DNA of 64,000 nucleotides from Nostoc sp. (lineage in GTDB: Bacteria > Cyanobacteriota > Cyanobacteriia > Cyanobacteriales > Nostocaceae), in contig JBALDB010000028.1 of assembly GCA_036918135.1 (NCBI GenBank), positions 32,001-96,000 of the forward strand. The letters run 5' to 3'. Below are positions 10,909 to 22,443 of the stretch, one piece after another. Made by a program: the position numbers and the translations under genes. Below the pieces are notes generated by a model that saw only the letters and a list, made by a program, of their open reading frames with translations, was not told where the DNA came from and ran no database searches. How positions within the stretch are numbered: the first letter of the stretch is position 1; each line of letters opens with the position of its first letter.

Positions 10909-11135
10909 CCAAATAAATGTAATTAAATGTGAGTCTTTAATGGAAGTACACCTCCAAGAAGGGCGAAAGAAGCAAAACCAAACTATCGATATAAAGAAGC
11001 TGAAATGAATATTATTAAGCTACGGTTGTTGGCGAACGATGTCCGCTCGTGAAATAGTATAAGATTGTTTCTTAAAAGAGATAATCTACAATCTAAAATT
11101 TAAAATTAAAAAATCCAAAATAGTATTAGGTTGCA

Positions 11136-11678
11136 TTAACTTACCTCAATTTTTTTTAACCAAGTAACTAAGTCATTTGAGTCAAGTGCTATCTCGCTTC
11201 CTAAGGTTTTTATATAAAGAAGTCCGTCACTAATAATTAAATCTCTGATTGGATACCATGACTCTCGTGTCCTAATCAAAAGTTCTAAGGGAATTCCCGG
11301 TCGCGAAGTATACTTGCGATATTTCCACCAAGCCCGCCATAGCAGTACAGATTTAGTACACTGCATTTGATAGCCTTTAGGAATTTCACAGTATTGATAC
11401 TGATAGAAACCTCGACTATCAATTTCTCCTTTGAGAAGATAACCACATTCTGCTAATGCCTGATTTATTAATTCCCAATGAGATGAGTTTGGATAAATTG
11501 AGAATTCACATAGTGTATTAGATATTTGGGCGATCGCAATTACGCCCTCAGATTTTGCACTTAGTTGGTTGGTTTTATAAACTGTTTGTGCTGTCAAAGA
11601 AGGGTTTGACAACAAAATGTCTTTTTTATGGATAGAGTTTCGGATAAATTCTTGAATCAAATCGAGATTAGATAACAT
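11136..11678 (-). CDS. Hypothetical protein
   Basis: 180-aa ORF with protein-like composition; no motif recognised. Confidence 0.65.
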   Translation of the reverse strand: MLSNLDLIQEFIRNSIHKKDILLSNPSLTAQTVYKTNQLSAKSEGVIAIAQISNTLCEFSIYPNSSHWELINQALAECGYLLKGEIDSRGFYQYQYCEIPKGYQMQCTKSVLLWRAWWKYRKYTSRPGIPLELLIRTRESWYPIRDLIISDGLLYIKTLGSEIALDSNDLVTWLKKIEVS

Positions 11679-12029
11679 AAAGTTTTACAGCAGTTTTCAT
11701 TTGCATGAAGTACAAAGTTACGGGTTTTGAGGCAGTTCTTGCTGGAGACAGGAGGTAGAAACTGTTTACCTGTGATGAATCAGTCTTGAATTTTGTACCT
11801 CACTTACTTGCAATCTGCTGTATATACTTAGTGACCTAGCCTAAAGTAAGCCCAACATAGTGCAAATTAGCATTTATACTGGTACTGTCACTTGCCAAAT
11901 GAAGGACAAGAGTTTTAAGTATACTGAAACCGCTCTTTAACAAAGGTTTCATTTAGTTTTATGTATAGTATGCTGCCTAAAAAACTTTTTGACAAAAGAA
12001 ATTTTGTTTCTAGGCAGCCAATTAGCTAT

Positions 12030-12836
12030 TTAAATTTTTACGCTTTTTAGAAAAGGTTCAAATACCGAAACCAATTCTGGGCGGCTAACTACGAGGGTGG
12101 GAAAAGAGCGATCGCTATAATCTTCTCCTGGTGACAGCGGAAACGGTTCAGAATTAAGTGACAACCAGACACCGCCAGCAGCTTGGACAATTACCCAAGC
12201 ACCCGCTAAGTCCCAAACTTTTGGTGTCGCCTCAATTCCGCCCAGAGTCGCCCCAGTTGCAACTGTCAAAAAGTTATAGCTAGCCACACCCAACATGCGA
12301 ATTTTGCAGGGAAAGCCGTTGCGGATAATTGCGGTACTCCGGGAACAGAGGTTAAAAAAATGATTATTGCTAGGACTATCACTACTGGTATGGATGGGGT
12401 GATGGTTGAGAAATGCTCCAGTTGGTGTTGCTAAACCAGATGAACCTGCCCAAAAACCATGAAAAGCTTGATTCAGGGGTGGTGCGTAAACATAACCAAA
12501 AATTGGAATGCCTTGATACAGTAAACCTAGAGAAATTGACCAGATAGGAATGCCACGTGTGAAGTTGGTTGTACCATCGAGGGGGTCAATTACCCAGCAC
12601 CATTCTGTACCGGGAAAAGAGCGTTCGCTTTCTTCGCTCAAAATACCGTAACCAGAGAAATTAGAAGCGATCGCATCCTGTATTTCTCGATCTGCCCATT
12701 TATCAGCTTGCGTCACCAAAGTACCATCGGCTTTTTGTGAAGCCTGTACTTGTCCAAAATCTTGCATTAGCTGTTTGCCCACTCTGATAGTGGTAGTTTG
12801 GGCAAAATCAAGAATTGTTGTCCAAAAATCATTCAT
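12030..12836 (-). CDS. Inositol monophosphatase family protein
   Basis: LSEE, WVIDPLDGTTNF and WDLAG motifs. Confidence 0.92.
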   Translation of the reverse strand: MNDFWTTILDFAQTTTIRVGKQLMQDFGQVQASQKADGTLVTQADKWADREIQDAIASNFSGYGILSEESERSFPGTEWCWVIDPLDGTTNFTRGIPIWSISLGLLYQGIPIFGYVYAPPLNQAFHGFWAGSSGLATPTGAFLNHHPIHTSSDSPSNNHFFNLCSRSTAIIRNGFPCKIRMLGVASYNFLTVATGATLGGIEATPKVWDLAGAWVIVQAAGGVWLSLNSEPFPLSPGEDYSDRSFPTLVVSRPELVSVFEPFLKSVKI

Positions 12837-12915
12837 GGTTAGTTGTCATTTGTTATTTGTCATTTATTAATCGTCCAATAACTAATGTCCAATGCCCCAT
12901 GCCTCATACCCTAAT

Positions 12916-14349
12916 TTAGTCTAAATCACTTTCTAAAACAGAAGCGATCGCAAGCTTTGTATTTGTTTGAAATTCTGCGACATTTACCCGATTGAGAAAC
13001 CAAATCGACAGCACCATTCCCACAGCTTCTAAGGCAAATACTAGTCCATAAGCTAAAACTAAGTTCGGTAGTAGATTGCGCCCCAGATCCAACAGAGTAC
13101 CGCCGATGACCACTGCTAATCCTCTGGATATCGACTGCGCTAACCCCCACGCCCCAATAAACGTACCTGCGGCTTCGGCTGCTGTCAGATCCAACATCAA
13201 GCTAATTGCTGCGGTAGTTAAGAAACCTGCGGCCAGACCGAACAAAACTAAACCAAATTTCAGGAAGCCTGGATTAGCAGAAAATCCTGATATAGCTAGC
13301 AATCCGACGGCGAATGCTACTAAAATACAACCCAGGCGTGCAGTTCTGCGCTTACCTAAAAGTGGCACCACCAAAAAGCCAGTGACAATGTAGCCAATTA
13401 GTGTACCTATTCCGTAAAAAGCATTCAGTTTAGTACTTTCAGCCAAAGGCATTTTAAATACTTGACCAGCGTAAGGTTCCAAAATTGGGTCTTGCATGAA
13501 CAAGCTGATGGTCATCACCAGTAAAAAGGTGAAAAACAAACCTGTTTGCCGACTAGCTGTCAAGATTTTCCAAGCATTGCCTAGAGTAATGCTGTCTTCT
13601 CGGTTTACTAGTGTAGAACGGCTTAAATATTGGGAATATTTTTTTTCCACACCCAATGTCGCTATGAATGCTAAAGCCAATACAATTACTGGGACGGTAA
13701 TAAATAATCTGTTGACAGATGCTTGTAAGGTAGCTACGGTTGCTTCGGGCGTTAATTGTTTGAGCAAACTGGAACTGATAATTGCCCCGATAATGATCCC
13801 CACCAGCAACATCGACCAAACCACACCAACTACTTTGGAACGGTTATTTTCTTCAGATATATCTACCAACAAAGCAGCAAAAGCAGTACTACTAGCACAA
13901 ATTCCTAGACCGTAAACTGCGAACACAAGGGACAGAAGCGCTGTCCAGCCGATTGTTTGGGTTGTCCATACCCAGCCGCCTGCACTACTTGCAGCAAAGT
14001 CGAGCTGCCACATTATTTGTACAGCTAAAAATGCAGCGATCGCAAATATCGCCGCCCCCACCCAAACATAAGCCGTGCGATGGGAACCCCATAACGGCTT
14101 AGCATCTGAAATCTGTCCGAACCAGATACGCGAAGGAGCAACAAATAAGGGCAGTGCTAGAACTACTGAGGCTAGCGTTGCTGGAATTGCTATTTCTTGA
14201 ATCATGACTCTGTTAAGTACTCCCAAAGTCAAGATGGACATCATGCTCAACCCCATTTGAAACAAACCCAGCCGGAACATAGTCAGCAGGTTTACTCTTG
14301 GCACAGATAGGGACTTTGTTTGGGTATCAAATACTTCACCGCTTGCCAT
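12916..14349 (-). CDS. BCD/PucC-family MFS transporter
   Basis: FRLGLFQ..G....LT.GVLNRVMI.E, QDPILEPY and AGTFIGAWG motifs. Confidence 0.9.
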   Translation of the reverse strand: MASGEVFDTQTKSLSVPRVNLLTMFRLGLFQMGLSMMSILTLGVLNRVMIQEIAIPATLASVVLALPLFVAPSRIWFGQISDAKPLWGSHRTAYVWVGAAIFAIAAFLAVQIMWQLDFAASSAGGWVWTTQTIGWTALLSLVFAVYGLGICASSTAFAALLVDISEENNRSKVVGVVWSMLLVGIIIGAIISSSLLKQLTPEATVATLQASVNRLFITVPVIVLALAFIATLGVEKKYSQYLSRSTLVNREDSITLGNAWKILTASRQTGLFFTFLLVMTISLFMQDPILEPYAGQVFKMPLAESTKLNAFYGIGTLIGYIVTGFLVVPLLGKRRTARLGCILVAFAVGLLAISGFSANPGFLKFGLVLFGLAAGFLTTAAISLMLDLTAAEAAGTFIGAWGLAQSISRGLAVVIGGTLLDLGRNLLPNLVLAYGLVFALEAVGMVLSIWFLNRVNVAEFQTNTKLAIASVLESDLD

Positions 14350-14577
14350 AGCTACTTTTTCGTATGCTTAATAGGACTTAATCTCTCTCTTTAAATAAAG
14401 ATAAACCCTACCTGTTGCAAAAGAGCGAACGAAAAGTGGAAGTTGCGAACGTACCCTGCTTATCTTCCCAACATAAGCAAAACCTCGGTTAGCGCACGCT
14501 AGAGCCTAGTTAAGATTAATTTTTATGGCTTGCTTGAAATTCGCGATCGGATAACTAGAGAATTTTAGGATGAAGTA

Positions 14578-14772
14578 GTGAAACGAGACTCCATTTACTA
14601 TCAAATTTTTAAGCGCTTTCCTGGTTTACTCTTTGAATTAGTTGAGGATCCTCCTCTTCAAGCGCAAAAGTATCAATTTGAATCAATTGAAGTCAAAGAA
14701 ACTACTTTGTTGGAGACCGAAGAGAAAATGTACAATTTTCTTTCAAAGATGCCTGCCATCTCCGTCAAATAG
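14578..14772 (+). pseudogene. Truncated Rpn/DUF2887-family (recombination-promoting nuclease-like) gene remnant
   Basis: MKRDSIYYQIFKRFPGLLFEL...YQFESIEVKET is the N-terminus of this family. Similarity stops after about 42 aa. Confidence 0.7.
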
Positions 14773-14997
14773 TTGTGGTAAATGGCTCAAAACTGATATT
14801 CAAACAACTCCTTTCAACTATGGATGTTGATTTTGTCCGCACGGGTCAAAGTACCGTAGTTCCTTTTGCATTTAAGTATATTAGAGAATATAAGAATTTT
14901 GGCGCTGCTAAATGACTGTATGAATCGGTTTCCTAGTCTTGCTTGTGACGCTACACTAAAAAAGTAAAGAAATGTAAATAAATTAAATTTTGCAACC

Positions 14998-15945
14998 GTG
15001 GAAAATATCACATTGGGGCAAAATGGCCCAGTTGTTACACCTTTGTGTATAGGTACTTGGGCTTGGGGCGATAAACTCTTTTGGAATTATGGCAATGACT
15101 ACGGCCCAGAACAGTTAAAAGAAGCCTTCACCGCAGCGCTACAAGCTGGTGTAAGCTTTTTCGACACTGCCGAAGTTTACGGAATGGGATTATCAGAGAA
15201 ATTGTTGGGGCAATTTATGCAACAGACACAACAAAGAGTGCAAATCGCCACAAAATTTGGCCCCCTACCTTGGCGATTTACTGGTCAATCTGTCTCTGAT
15301 GCTTTAACACAGAGTCTCAAACGCCTACAAGTAGAGCAAATTGCTCTCTACCAAGTACACTGGCCTTTTGCCTTCTTTTTAAGTCAAAAAACTCTGATGA
15401 ACGCTTTAGCCGATGAAGTGAAGCGGGGTAGAATTGCCGCAGTCGGTGTGAGTAATTACTCAGCAGAGCAAATGCGAGATGCCCATCAAATATTGGCAGA
15501 TCGTGGAGTACCTTTGGCTGTGAACCAAGTACGCTATTCTTTACTCACTCGCCAAATTGAAACCAAGGATATTCTCGCAACTGCCCGTGAGTTAGGTGTG
15601 ACTCTTTTGGCTTATAGTCCTTTAGCTCAGGGATTGCTGACAGGTAAATACAGTATTGATAGTGCCGAAACCCCTACTGGTGCTAGAAAAATAGACCCAC
15701 GATTTAGTAAACAAGGCTTACAAAAAATTGCACCAGTAATATCTTTGCTGCGTAACTTTGGAGAAAAATACGATCGCACCCCAGCCCAAGTTGCTCTCAA
15801 CTGGTTAATTTCTCAGGGTAACGTCATTCCGATTGCAGGGGTGAAGACAGCCGAACAGGTACGTCAAAATGCTGGGGCTTTGGGTTGGAGATTGAACGAG
15901 GATGAAATTCAAGAGTTAGAAAAAGTTAGCCGTCCTTGGCTGTAG
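14998..15945 (+). CDS. Aldo/keto reductase
   Basis: GTWAWG, FDTAEVYG, VGVSNY and AYSPLAQG motifs. Confidence 0.93.
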   Translation: MENITLGQNGPVVTPLCIGTWAWGDKLFWNYGNDYGPEQLKEAFTAALQAGVSFFDTAEVYGMGLSEKLLGQFMQQTQQRVQIATKFGPLPWRFTGQSVSDALTQSLKRLQVEQIALYQVHWPFAFFLSQKTLMNALADEVKRGRIAAVGVSNYSAEQMRDAHQILADRGVPLAVNQVRYSLLTRQIETKDILATARELGVTLLAYSPLAQGLLTGKYSIDSAETPTGARKIDPRFSKQGLQKIAPVISLLRNFGEKYDRTPAQVALNWLISQGNVIPIAGVKTAEQVRQNAGALGWRLNEDEIQELEKVSRPWL

Positions 15946-16152
15946 TATTTCTCAAATACTCAAATGCAGGGGACTACAGTTAGTGAAACTGTGAGTTCCC
16001 TGCAAAGTTAGTTAAAAAGTCAAAAAGTCAAGAGTCGAAAGTCAACATCTTAACTCCTAACTCTTAACTCTTAACTGTGTCAATTTTAGATTTTGAATTT
16101 AGAATTTTGGATTGAAGCAAAAATCTAAAATCCAAAATTTATTAACTTCTAA

Positions 16153-17682
16153 CTAAGAAGCAGATTCTCTAGCTGTAGGTGAACCTAACTTTTGAGTAGG
16201 TGAGACAGAAGCATCACGACGGCTTGTCCGCAGTTTAGGTTTGGGAGTACCACTTCTTTCTTCTTCCCCAACAACAGTATCTGATTTCCAAGCAGAACGG
16301 GGACGCTCGCCAGAAGATTGGCGCTTGGCAAGTCTCGGTTTGGGAGTAGCGGGTTCTTCTTGAGGAATTTCTACCTCGGATTGCAACCAAGCAGGACGAG
16401 TTTGATCGTAAGCGATTTGCAATGCAGCTGCGGCGATCGCCTGAGCATCATATTTTTCAATCAATTCGCTGACAATCGGCAAAAATGAAGCCAAACGTTC
16501 GCCAGCTAAAGCTTCCCGGACTTGCTCCTGTAATTTCAGGATGTGCCGCGCTTCAATTTGCGCCCGTGTAGGAATTGTCAGCACTTGCCAAGCTTGGCGA
16601 TTATGGCGTTCAAATGTTTGTTGTTTGCGCCGCTCAAATGGCTGTACTAAAGAAATTGCGGTTCCTTCTTTACCAGCACGACCAGTACGACCAATGCGAT
16701 GTACGTATGTTTCTACGCTATCAGGTAGGTCGTAGTTGATCACATGAGAAAGTTGATCGACATCTAATCCGCGTGCGGCAATATCAGTTGCTACTACCCA
16801 ACGCACTTGACGATTGCGGAATCTGCTCAGTAACCGCTCCCGCGCTTGTTGGGACAAGTCGCCATGATATTCATCAACGCTATGACCAGCAGCTTGCAGT
16901 TGATTGGTGAGTTCGGCGGCGGTACGTCTGGTGCGAACAAAGATTAAAGCTGTTTCTGGGTCTTCCATTTCCAGAATCGGCTGTAAAGCTTTGGCTTTTG
17001 TCCAATGGCGAGGGATCAGATAAGCTACCTGATTAATTTTGTTGGGCGCAGCTTTTGGTTGCTCAACGGTGACTGTCGCTGGCGATCGCAAAAACTTGTT
17101 CACTAAAGAACGAATCGATGGTGGCATTGTGGCTGAGAATAAAGCTGTTTGCCGTTCTGTAGGTGCTTGGGAAAGGATTTTCACTACATCATCAATAAAG
17201 CCCATGCTTAACATTTCATCGGCTTCATCTAAGACAAACCATTTCACTTGATCGAGCTTTAAACAGCCGCGATCGAGTAAATCTATTACCCGTCCTGGGG
17301 TGCCAACGACGATATGAACGCCACGTTTGAGCTGTAACATTTGCCGCTCAATTGATTGACCGCCGTAGATTGCTAACACTCGCAATCCTTCATTACCGAT
17401 AAACTGAGCGATCGCATCGTGAACTTGCATGGCTAACTCACGAGTTGGTGTTAAAACCAAGGCTTGCACTGCTTTTTGATTAATATCCAGCCTTTCTAAA
17501 ATTGGCAGTGAAAATGCTGCTGTTTTACCCGTTCCAGTTTGAGATTGACCCACCACATCACGACCCGCCAACAGTTGGGGAATTGCTTGAGCTTGAATAC
17601 TAGTAGGTGTAGTAAAGCCAATTTTTTCTAATTGTTCGACACGTTCTTGGGAAATACCTAATTCTTGAAACGAAAGATTCAT
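16153..17682 (-). CDS. crhR: DEAD-box RNA helicase CrhR/CrhB
   Basis: GTGKT, DEADEM, SAT and HRIGRTGRAG motifs. Lies downstream of rimO as in other cyanobacteria. Start taken at MNLSF. Confidence 0.88.
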   Translation of the reverse strand: MNLSFQELGISQERVEQLEKIGFTTPTSIQAQAIPQLLAGRDVVGQSQTGTGKTAAFSLPILERLDINQKAVQALVLTPTRELAMQVHDAIAQFIGNEGLRVLAIYGGQSIERQMLQLKRGVHIVVGTPGRVIDLLDRGCLKLDQVKWFVLDEADEMLSMGFIDDVVKILSQAPTERQTALFSATMPPSIRSLVNKFLRSPATVTVEQPKAAPNKINQVAYLIPRHWTKAKALQPILEMEDPETALIFVRTRRTAAELTNQLQAAGHSVDEYHGDLSQQARERLLSRFRNRQVRWVVATDIAARGLDVDQLSHVINYDLPDSVETYVHRIGRTGRAGKEGTAISLVQPFERRKQQTFERHNRQAWQVLTIPTRAQIEARHILKLQEQVREALAGERLASFLPIVSELIEKYDAQAIAAAALQIAYDQTRPAWLQSEVEIPQEEPATPKPRLAKRQSSGERPRSAWKSDTVVGEEERSGTPKPKLRTSRRDASVSPTQKLGSPTARESAS

Positions 17683-17715
17683 TAATTCTCCTAAATTTTC
17701 TCTAAGGATTTTTGG

Positions 17716-17808
17716 ATTAGTCATTAGTCATTAATCATTGGTCATTAGTTATTAGTCATTGGTCATTAGTCATTTACAAAGGACAACTGACAACTGACAA
17801 AGGACAAA
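17716..17808. repeat. STRR heptamer tandem repeats (CATTAGT/CATTGGT; GGACAAA/TGACAAC)
   Basis: Tandem 7-mers visible between rimO and crhR. Confidence 0.85.
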
Positions 17809-19125
17809 TTAGTTATTGACTTGACCATATAGGTCGTATGTATCAGCGTGGTGAATCGTTACTGGCACGATGGTTCCTAACTTTGCCTGTCCTTGGACAT
17901 AGACTTGACCATCGACCTCTGGGGAAAATCTACCTGAACGACCGATTAATTCACCACTTTCAGGATTTTCTTGCTCAATCAGGACATCGACAATTTTGCC
18001 TACTTCCTGTTGATTTTTCTTTTGGGAAATCGGTTGCTGGAGTTCCATCAGTTGGTCTCGGCGTTCGTCCATCACTTCTTGAGACAACTGATTTGGCAGC
18101 TTGTAGGCGGGGGTTCCTTCTTCTGGCGAAAAGGTGAACACGCCAACATGATCGAATTCATGCCGTTGGACGAACTCTAGTAAATGCTCAAAATGCTCGC
18201 TTGTTTCTCCGGGAAAACCAACAATAAATGTTGTCCGCAGTACGGCTGTTGGTAGCGCCGTTTTAATGCGATCTATAATCCCATCATTTACACGCCCTTG
18301 CCAAGGACGGTTCATGGCGCGGAGAATTTCTCCATGAGAATGTTGCAAGGGCAAATCGAGATACGGCAGGACGTTGGGTGTTTCTTTGATTGCCGCTATT
18401 ACATCTAGTGTCAATCCTGTGGGATAAGCATAGTGGATTCTGATCCACGGTATATTCACTTTCCCCAAAGCACGCAGTAATTGGGCTAACTTTGGCTGAC
18501 CGTAAATATCCATACCGTAATTAGTCGTGATTTGGGAAATTAAAATAATTTCTTGTACCCCTTGACTAACTAACTGCTCGGCTTCAGCGACTATCGATTC
18601 AATAGTACGCGATCGCTGGTTTCCTCTTAAATGAGGAATTATACAAAACGCACAACGATAATCACATCCTTCGGCAACCCTGAGGTAAGCTACACCTTCT
18701 GTTGTAGTGCGATAGCGCGGTGTAGTTTCGTCGGCAATGTAGGTTGGTTCGATACTAACCTGTTTGACCCGTTCGCCTTGTTCTACACGCTCAATTACAT
18801 TTACAATTTTCTGATAATCACCTGTACCTACCACTGCTACTGCTTCGGGCAACTCATCCAAAAGTTGTTCTTGAAAATGTTGCGCCATACAGCCAGTAAT
18901 CACAATTTTTTTATTTGCTTCTGCCAGTTCTACCAAAGTTCTGACAGATTCAAGTCTTGCTGCTTCAATAAAACTACACGTATTAACAATAACGTAATCT
19001 GCTAACTCTTCATTCGTATCTACACCATAGCCTGCCTCTACCAGCATTCCCAGCATGTGTTCTGTATCAATTCGATTTTTCTCGCAGCCCAAGTGAGAAA
19101 TGGCAATTGTTGGCTTTTCACCCAT
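17809..19125 (-). CDS. rimO: Ribosomal protein S12 methylthiotransferase RimO
   Basis: [22 protein letters not shown] radical SAM motif and C-terminal TRAM domain. Confidence 0.95.
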   Translation of the reverse strand: MGEKPTIAISHLGCEKNRIDTEHMLGMLVEAGYGVDTNEELADYVIVNTCSFIEAARLESVRTLVELAEANKKIVITGCMAQHFQEQLLDELPEAVAVVGTGDYQKIVNVIERVEQGERVKQVSIEPTYIADETTPRYRTTTEGVAYLRVAEGCDYRCAFCIIPHLRGNQRSRTIESIVAEAEQLVSQGVQEIILISQITTNYGMDIYGQPKLAQLLRALGKVNIPWIRIHYAYPTGLTLDVIAAIKETPNVLPYLDLPLQHSHGEILRAMNRPWQGRVNDGIIDRIKTALPTAVLRTTFIVGFPGETSEHFEHLLEFVQRHEFDHVGVFTFSPEEGTPAYKLPNQLSQEVMDERRDQLMELQQPISQKKNQQEVGKIVDVLIEQENPESGELIGRSGRFSPEVDGQVYVQGQAKLGTIVPVTIHHADTYDLYGQVNN

Positions 19126-19931
19126 ATTTTGAAAACATCTTCAGTTTTTTTTAATCAAATCGTTCTAGTGCTAACTTTACTTTTTGCTATTAGTATCCTC
19201 ATGAGAACATTAACAGCGGCAAATTCCCACTGTCAGCAAATGCCCATTAACCTATGACCCTATTAATAATAAAAATAGAGGTCATGTTATGATATTTCTA
19301 TCAATCTGTTCCCCAGGGTATATTGAAGTGTCTTTGGGTACATTTGACACTTGTAACGTTCTTTAACAATTCGCCTATTGGTATTTTACATTACCACAGC
19401 GTGTGCGTTGTTAATCTACCCATCGGGAAGCCGCCTAAAGGGCTTGTTGTGAGAAGTCGCTACCCTCAGGGAAATCGCCTTCGCGACTACGCCCATAAAG
19501 CAGTAATGCTACCCTGGCGAATGGCTAGTCCTACGACTGGGCGCGGACGAGACGCCTAAACCACGGAAAGCTGCCTCGCATGTTGTGAGTGGCAAACTCC
19601 TCTTGTAGCCAAGTTTTATCTTAACATATCTTATGACATGTTTGACGCCAATTTCCATCTTAAGAAGGAGGCAGCAAACTGACCAACATAAAAACAGATT
19701 TAATATTAATGAAGGAAATGGGGTATTTAAGAATGCTGAATTCTGAATTCTTCAGTTGTGAATTCTGAATTCTGAGTTTTGTAAAATTGACTTATGCAAA
19801 ATCATTCAAAATTAAAAAAGCTGATGAGTTAAGCTTTTCAGGTATTTTGAATTGTAGGTATATTTGGGTCTTGTAGTACTAGCCTTTAATCTCTAGTCTC
19901 TAATCCCCAATCCCTCGCAATAATTAAAGAC

Positions 19932-20780
19932 GTGGACTTATATCAGCTATTTAAAACTCGCTCACCGATTATTGGCGTGGTTCACCTGCTACCACTGCCA
20001 ACCTCACCCCGTTGGGGAGGTAGCTTGAAAGCGGTAATTGACCGTGCCGAACAAGAAGCCGCAGCTTTGGCAAGCGGAGGGGTTGACGGCATGATAGTAG
20101 AGAATTTTTTTGACGCGCCCTTTACTAAAAACCAAGTAGATCCAGTGGTTGTGAGTGCCATGACCATTGTGGTACAGCGGATACAGAATTTGGTGACATT
20201 ACCTGTAGGGTTAAATGTGTTGCGAAACGACGCCAAAAGTGCAATGGCGATCGCTAGCTGTGTTCAGGCACAATTTATCCGCGTTAACGTCCTCACAGGG
20301 GTGATGGCAACCGATCAGGGATTAATAGAGGGAGAAGCCCATCAATTACTCCGCTATCGACGGGAGTTAGGCAGCGATGTTAAAATTCTGGCCGATGTAT
20401 TAGTGAAGCACGCCCGTCCTTTGAGTTCTCCAAATCTCACAGTCGCCGTGAAAGACACCATTGAAAGGGGTTTAGCAGACGGGGTGATTTTGTCTGGTTG
20501 GGCTACTGGTAGCCCTCCTAACTTAGAAGATTTGGAACTAGCTTGTGGTGCCGCAGTTGGCACGCCAGTGTTCATCGGTAGTGGGGCCAACTGGGAAAAT
20601 ATTGATACATTGATGCAGGCAGCAGATGGTGTCATAGTTTCCAGTTCTCTGAAACGTCACGGACGGATAGAGCAACCCATCGATCCGATTCGTGTCAGTC
20701 AATTTGTGGAAGCTGCGCGTCGCAGTTGGAACTCAAAAGGTGAAAGCAAGTCAGCAGGACAAGTGAAATTACATTCTTAG
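19932..20780 (+). CDS. btpA: Photosystem I biogenesis protein BtpA
   Basis: IIGVVHLLPLP, ENFFDAPF and ADVLVKHA motifs. Confidence 0.93.
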   Translation: MDLYQLFKTRSPIIGVVHLLPLPTSPRWGGSLKAVIDRAEQEAAALASGGVDGMIVENFFDAPFTKNQVDPVVVSAMTIVVQRIQNLVTLPVGLNVLRNDAKSAMAIASCVQAQFIRVNVLTGVMATDQGLIEGEAHQLLRYRRELGSDVKILADVLVKHARPLSSPNLTVAVKDTIERGLADGVILSGWATGSPPNLEDLELACGAAVGTPVFIGSGANWENIDTLMQAADGVIVSSSLKRHGRIEQPIDPIRVSQFVEAARRSWNSKGESKSAGQVKLHS

Positions 20781-20889
20781 GGAGTGGGGAGTAGGGAACG
20801 GGGACTAGGGACTAGTGACTAGAAAAAGTTTTCTAAATGCCCAATCCCCAGTACCCAATCCCTAGTACCCCTTATCCCCAGTACCCAAT
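20781..20889. repeat. STRR heptamer repeats (GGGACTA / CCCAATC / CCCAGTA) in inverted arrangement
   Basis: A G-rich heptamer run followed by a C-rich complementary run between btpA and VKOR. Confidence 0.8.
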
Positions 20890-20897
20890 AGCAGTTT

Positions 20898-21884
20898 ATG
20901 ATTCGCCGCCGTTCTACTCCTTGGATTCATAAGTGGTCACGTCCATTGATTGCCGCGATCGCTGGATGTGGTGCCTTGACAACAGGTTATCTCGCTGTAG
21001 AAAAGTTAACCGGAGGCAGTGCAGCTTGTGTGGCACAGGCTGGTGTCAAAGGCTGTAATGATGTGCTTTCTAGTCCTTGGGCAACAGTTCTTGGTCAGCC
21101 ATTAGCTTTGTTTGGGTTTTTAGCATACACCAGTATGGTGATATTCGCTTTGGCTCCGTTGGCACTCAACTCAAAGGATAATAATAGTCGCAAGCAGCTG
21201 GAAAATTGGACTTGGTGGCTGTTGTTGGTGGGTGCGATCGCTATGTCTGTATTTAGCGGCTACTTAATGTATCTACTGACATTCCAAATCAAAGCTTTTT
21301 GTCCTTACTGTATCGGATCGGCCTTGTTCTCCACTAGTCTTTTGGTACTAACAATTATTGGTCGCACTTGGGAGGATATTGGACAAATCTTTTTTACTGC
21401 CATTATTGTTGGGATGGTGACGCTGATTGGTACTTTAGGCATTTATGCTGGCGTTAATCAATCAGATGTCACATCTGGAACTTCTGGACAACCTGTAAAA
21501 ATTTCCTTTGCTCCCAACGTAGATCCTAACCCAGCAATCGGTGGGTGGGAAATTACCACTACTTCTGGTGAGGCAGAAATAGCCCTAGCACAACATTTGG
21601 TGAAGATAGGCGCTAAGGAATACGTCGCTTATTGGTGTCCTCACTGCCACGAACAAAAGATGCTGTTTGGCAAAGAAGCTTACCAAGAAATCAACAATAA
21701 TATTAAGGTAGAGTGTGCCCCTGAAGGACTCAAAGCTCAACCAGAATTGTGCAAAGCTGCAAAAATTGAAGGTTTCCCGACTTGGATTATTAATGGGAAA
21801 AGCTATAGCGGAGTGCAAAATTTAGAGGAACTAGCAAAAGTTTCTAGTTACACAGGCCCTCGTAACTTCAAATATTTTAAGTAA
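20898..21884 (+). CDS. VKOR-thioredoxin fusion (thylakoid disulfide-bond formation, DsbAB/LTO1-like)
   Basis: C..GC.DVL.SPWA and FCPYC in the VKOR domain; WCPHC and GFPTW in the Trx-like domain. Confidence 0.92.
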   Translation: MIRRRSTPWIHKWSRPLIAAIAGCGALTTGYLAVEKLTGGSAACVAQAGVKGCNDVLSSPWATVLGQPLALFGFLAYTSMVIFALAPLALNSKDNNSRKQLENWTWWLLLVGAIAMSVFSGYLMYLLTFQIKAFCPYCIGSALFSTSLLVLTIIGRTWEDIGQIFFTAIIVGMVTLIGTLGIYAGVNQSDVTSGTSGQPVKISFAPNVDPNPAIGGWEITTTSGEAEIALAQHLVKIGAKEYVAYWCPHCHEQKMLFGKEAYQEINNNIKVECAPEGLKAQPELCKAAKIEGFPTWIINGKSYSGVQNLEELAKVSSYTGPRNFKYFK

Positions 21885-22443
21885 TTGCCAAGAAGCCTGT
21901 TTCTGGCAACTTGACTTTTAGATTCCATAGTTAACTGGATAAAGACAGCAAGTCCGTTTCCGGTTAACTTTTTTATTTTTGGTAATATTGGTTTGGTGAT
22001 AGATAATACGTGTCGTCCAATACTCAATTCTTTATTGAGTATTCAGAAGTAAAACAGGCTTAATGCCTAGCTTTAAGACCAAGTTTGCCTAGTTCAAAAC
22101 TTAGAATCTGCTGTATCAACTTTCTTGCGGCTTTCACCTACAAACATCTCAAGCTGAAGGAACTTGATTAAGTATACTGGCTCTCATGCAATGTGTACTT
22201 TAATTTATTTTTGCAGCACATGGAAGCCGGCTTCGGGTGTAATTATGTCAGCGCTAAACGCCAAAGTGTGTCTGTTGAAGTTACTCTCAATATGCTTTTG
22301 TTATTAGTGAAAAAAGGCGAATCCAATGAGCAAAATTACCTTCCTCAACATTTGTGTAGAAGCAAAGAACAGTCCCTAGATGTTTCTGGAAGTTTTCAGA
22401 AGGGGAGTTACAAGCCGAATTTCATAACTTTGGGAGCGGCTTA

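Noticed and set aside
17716..17808. Tandem repeats as CRISPR or a novel array (also 20781-20889, 30764-30858, 60000-60040, 63402-63428)
   Set aside because: These are 7-mer STRR repeats typical of Nostocales intergenic DNA, with no spacers.
19323..19559. 78-aa plus-strand ORF in the rimO / btpA gap
   Set aside because: TTG start, no RBS and no recognisable motif; better explained as GC-rich non-coding sequence.
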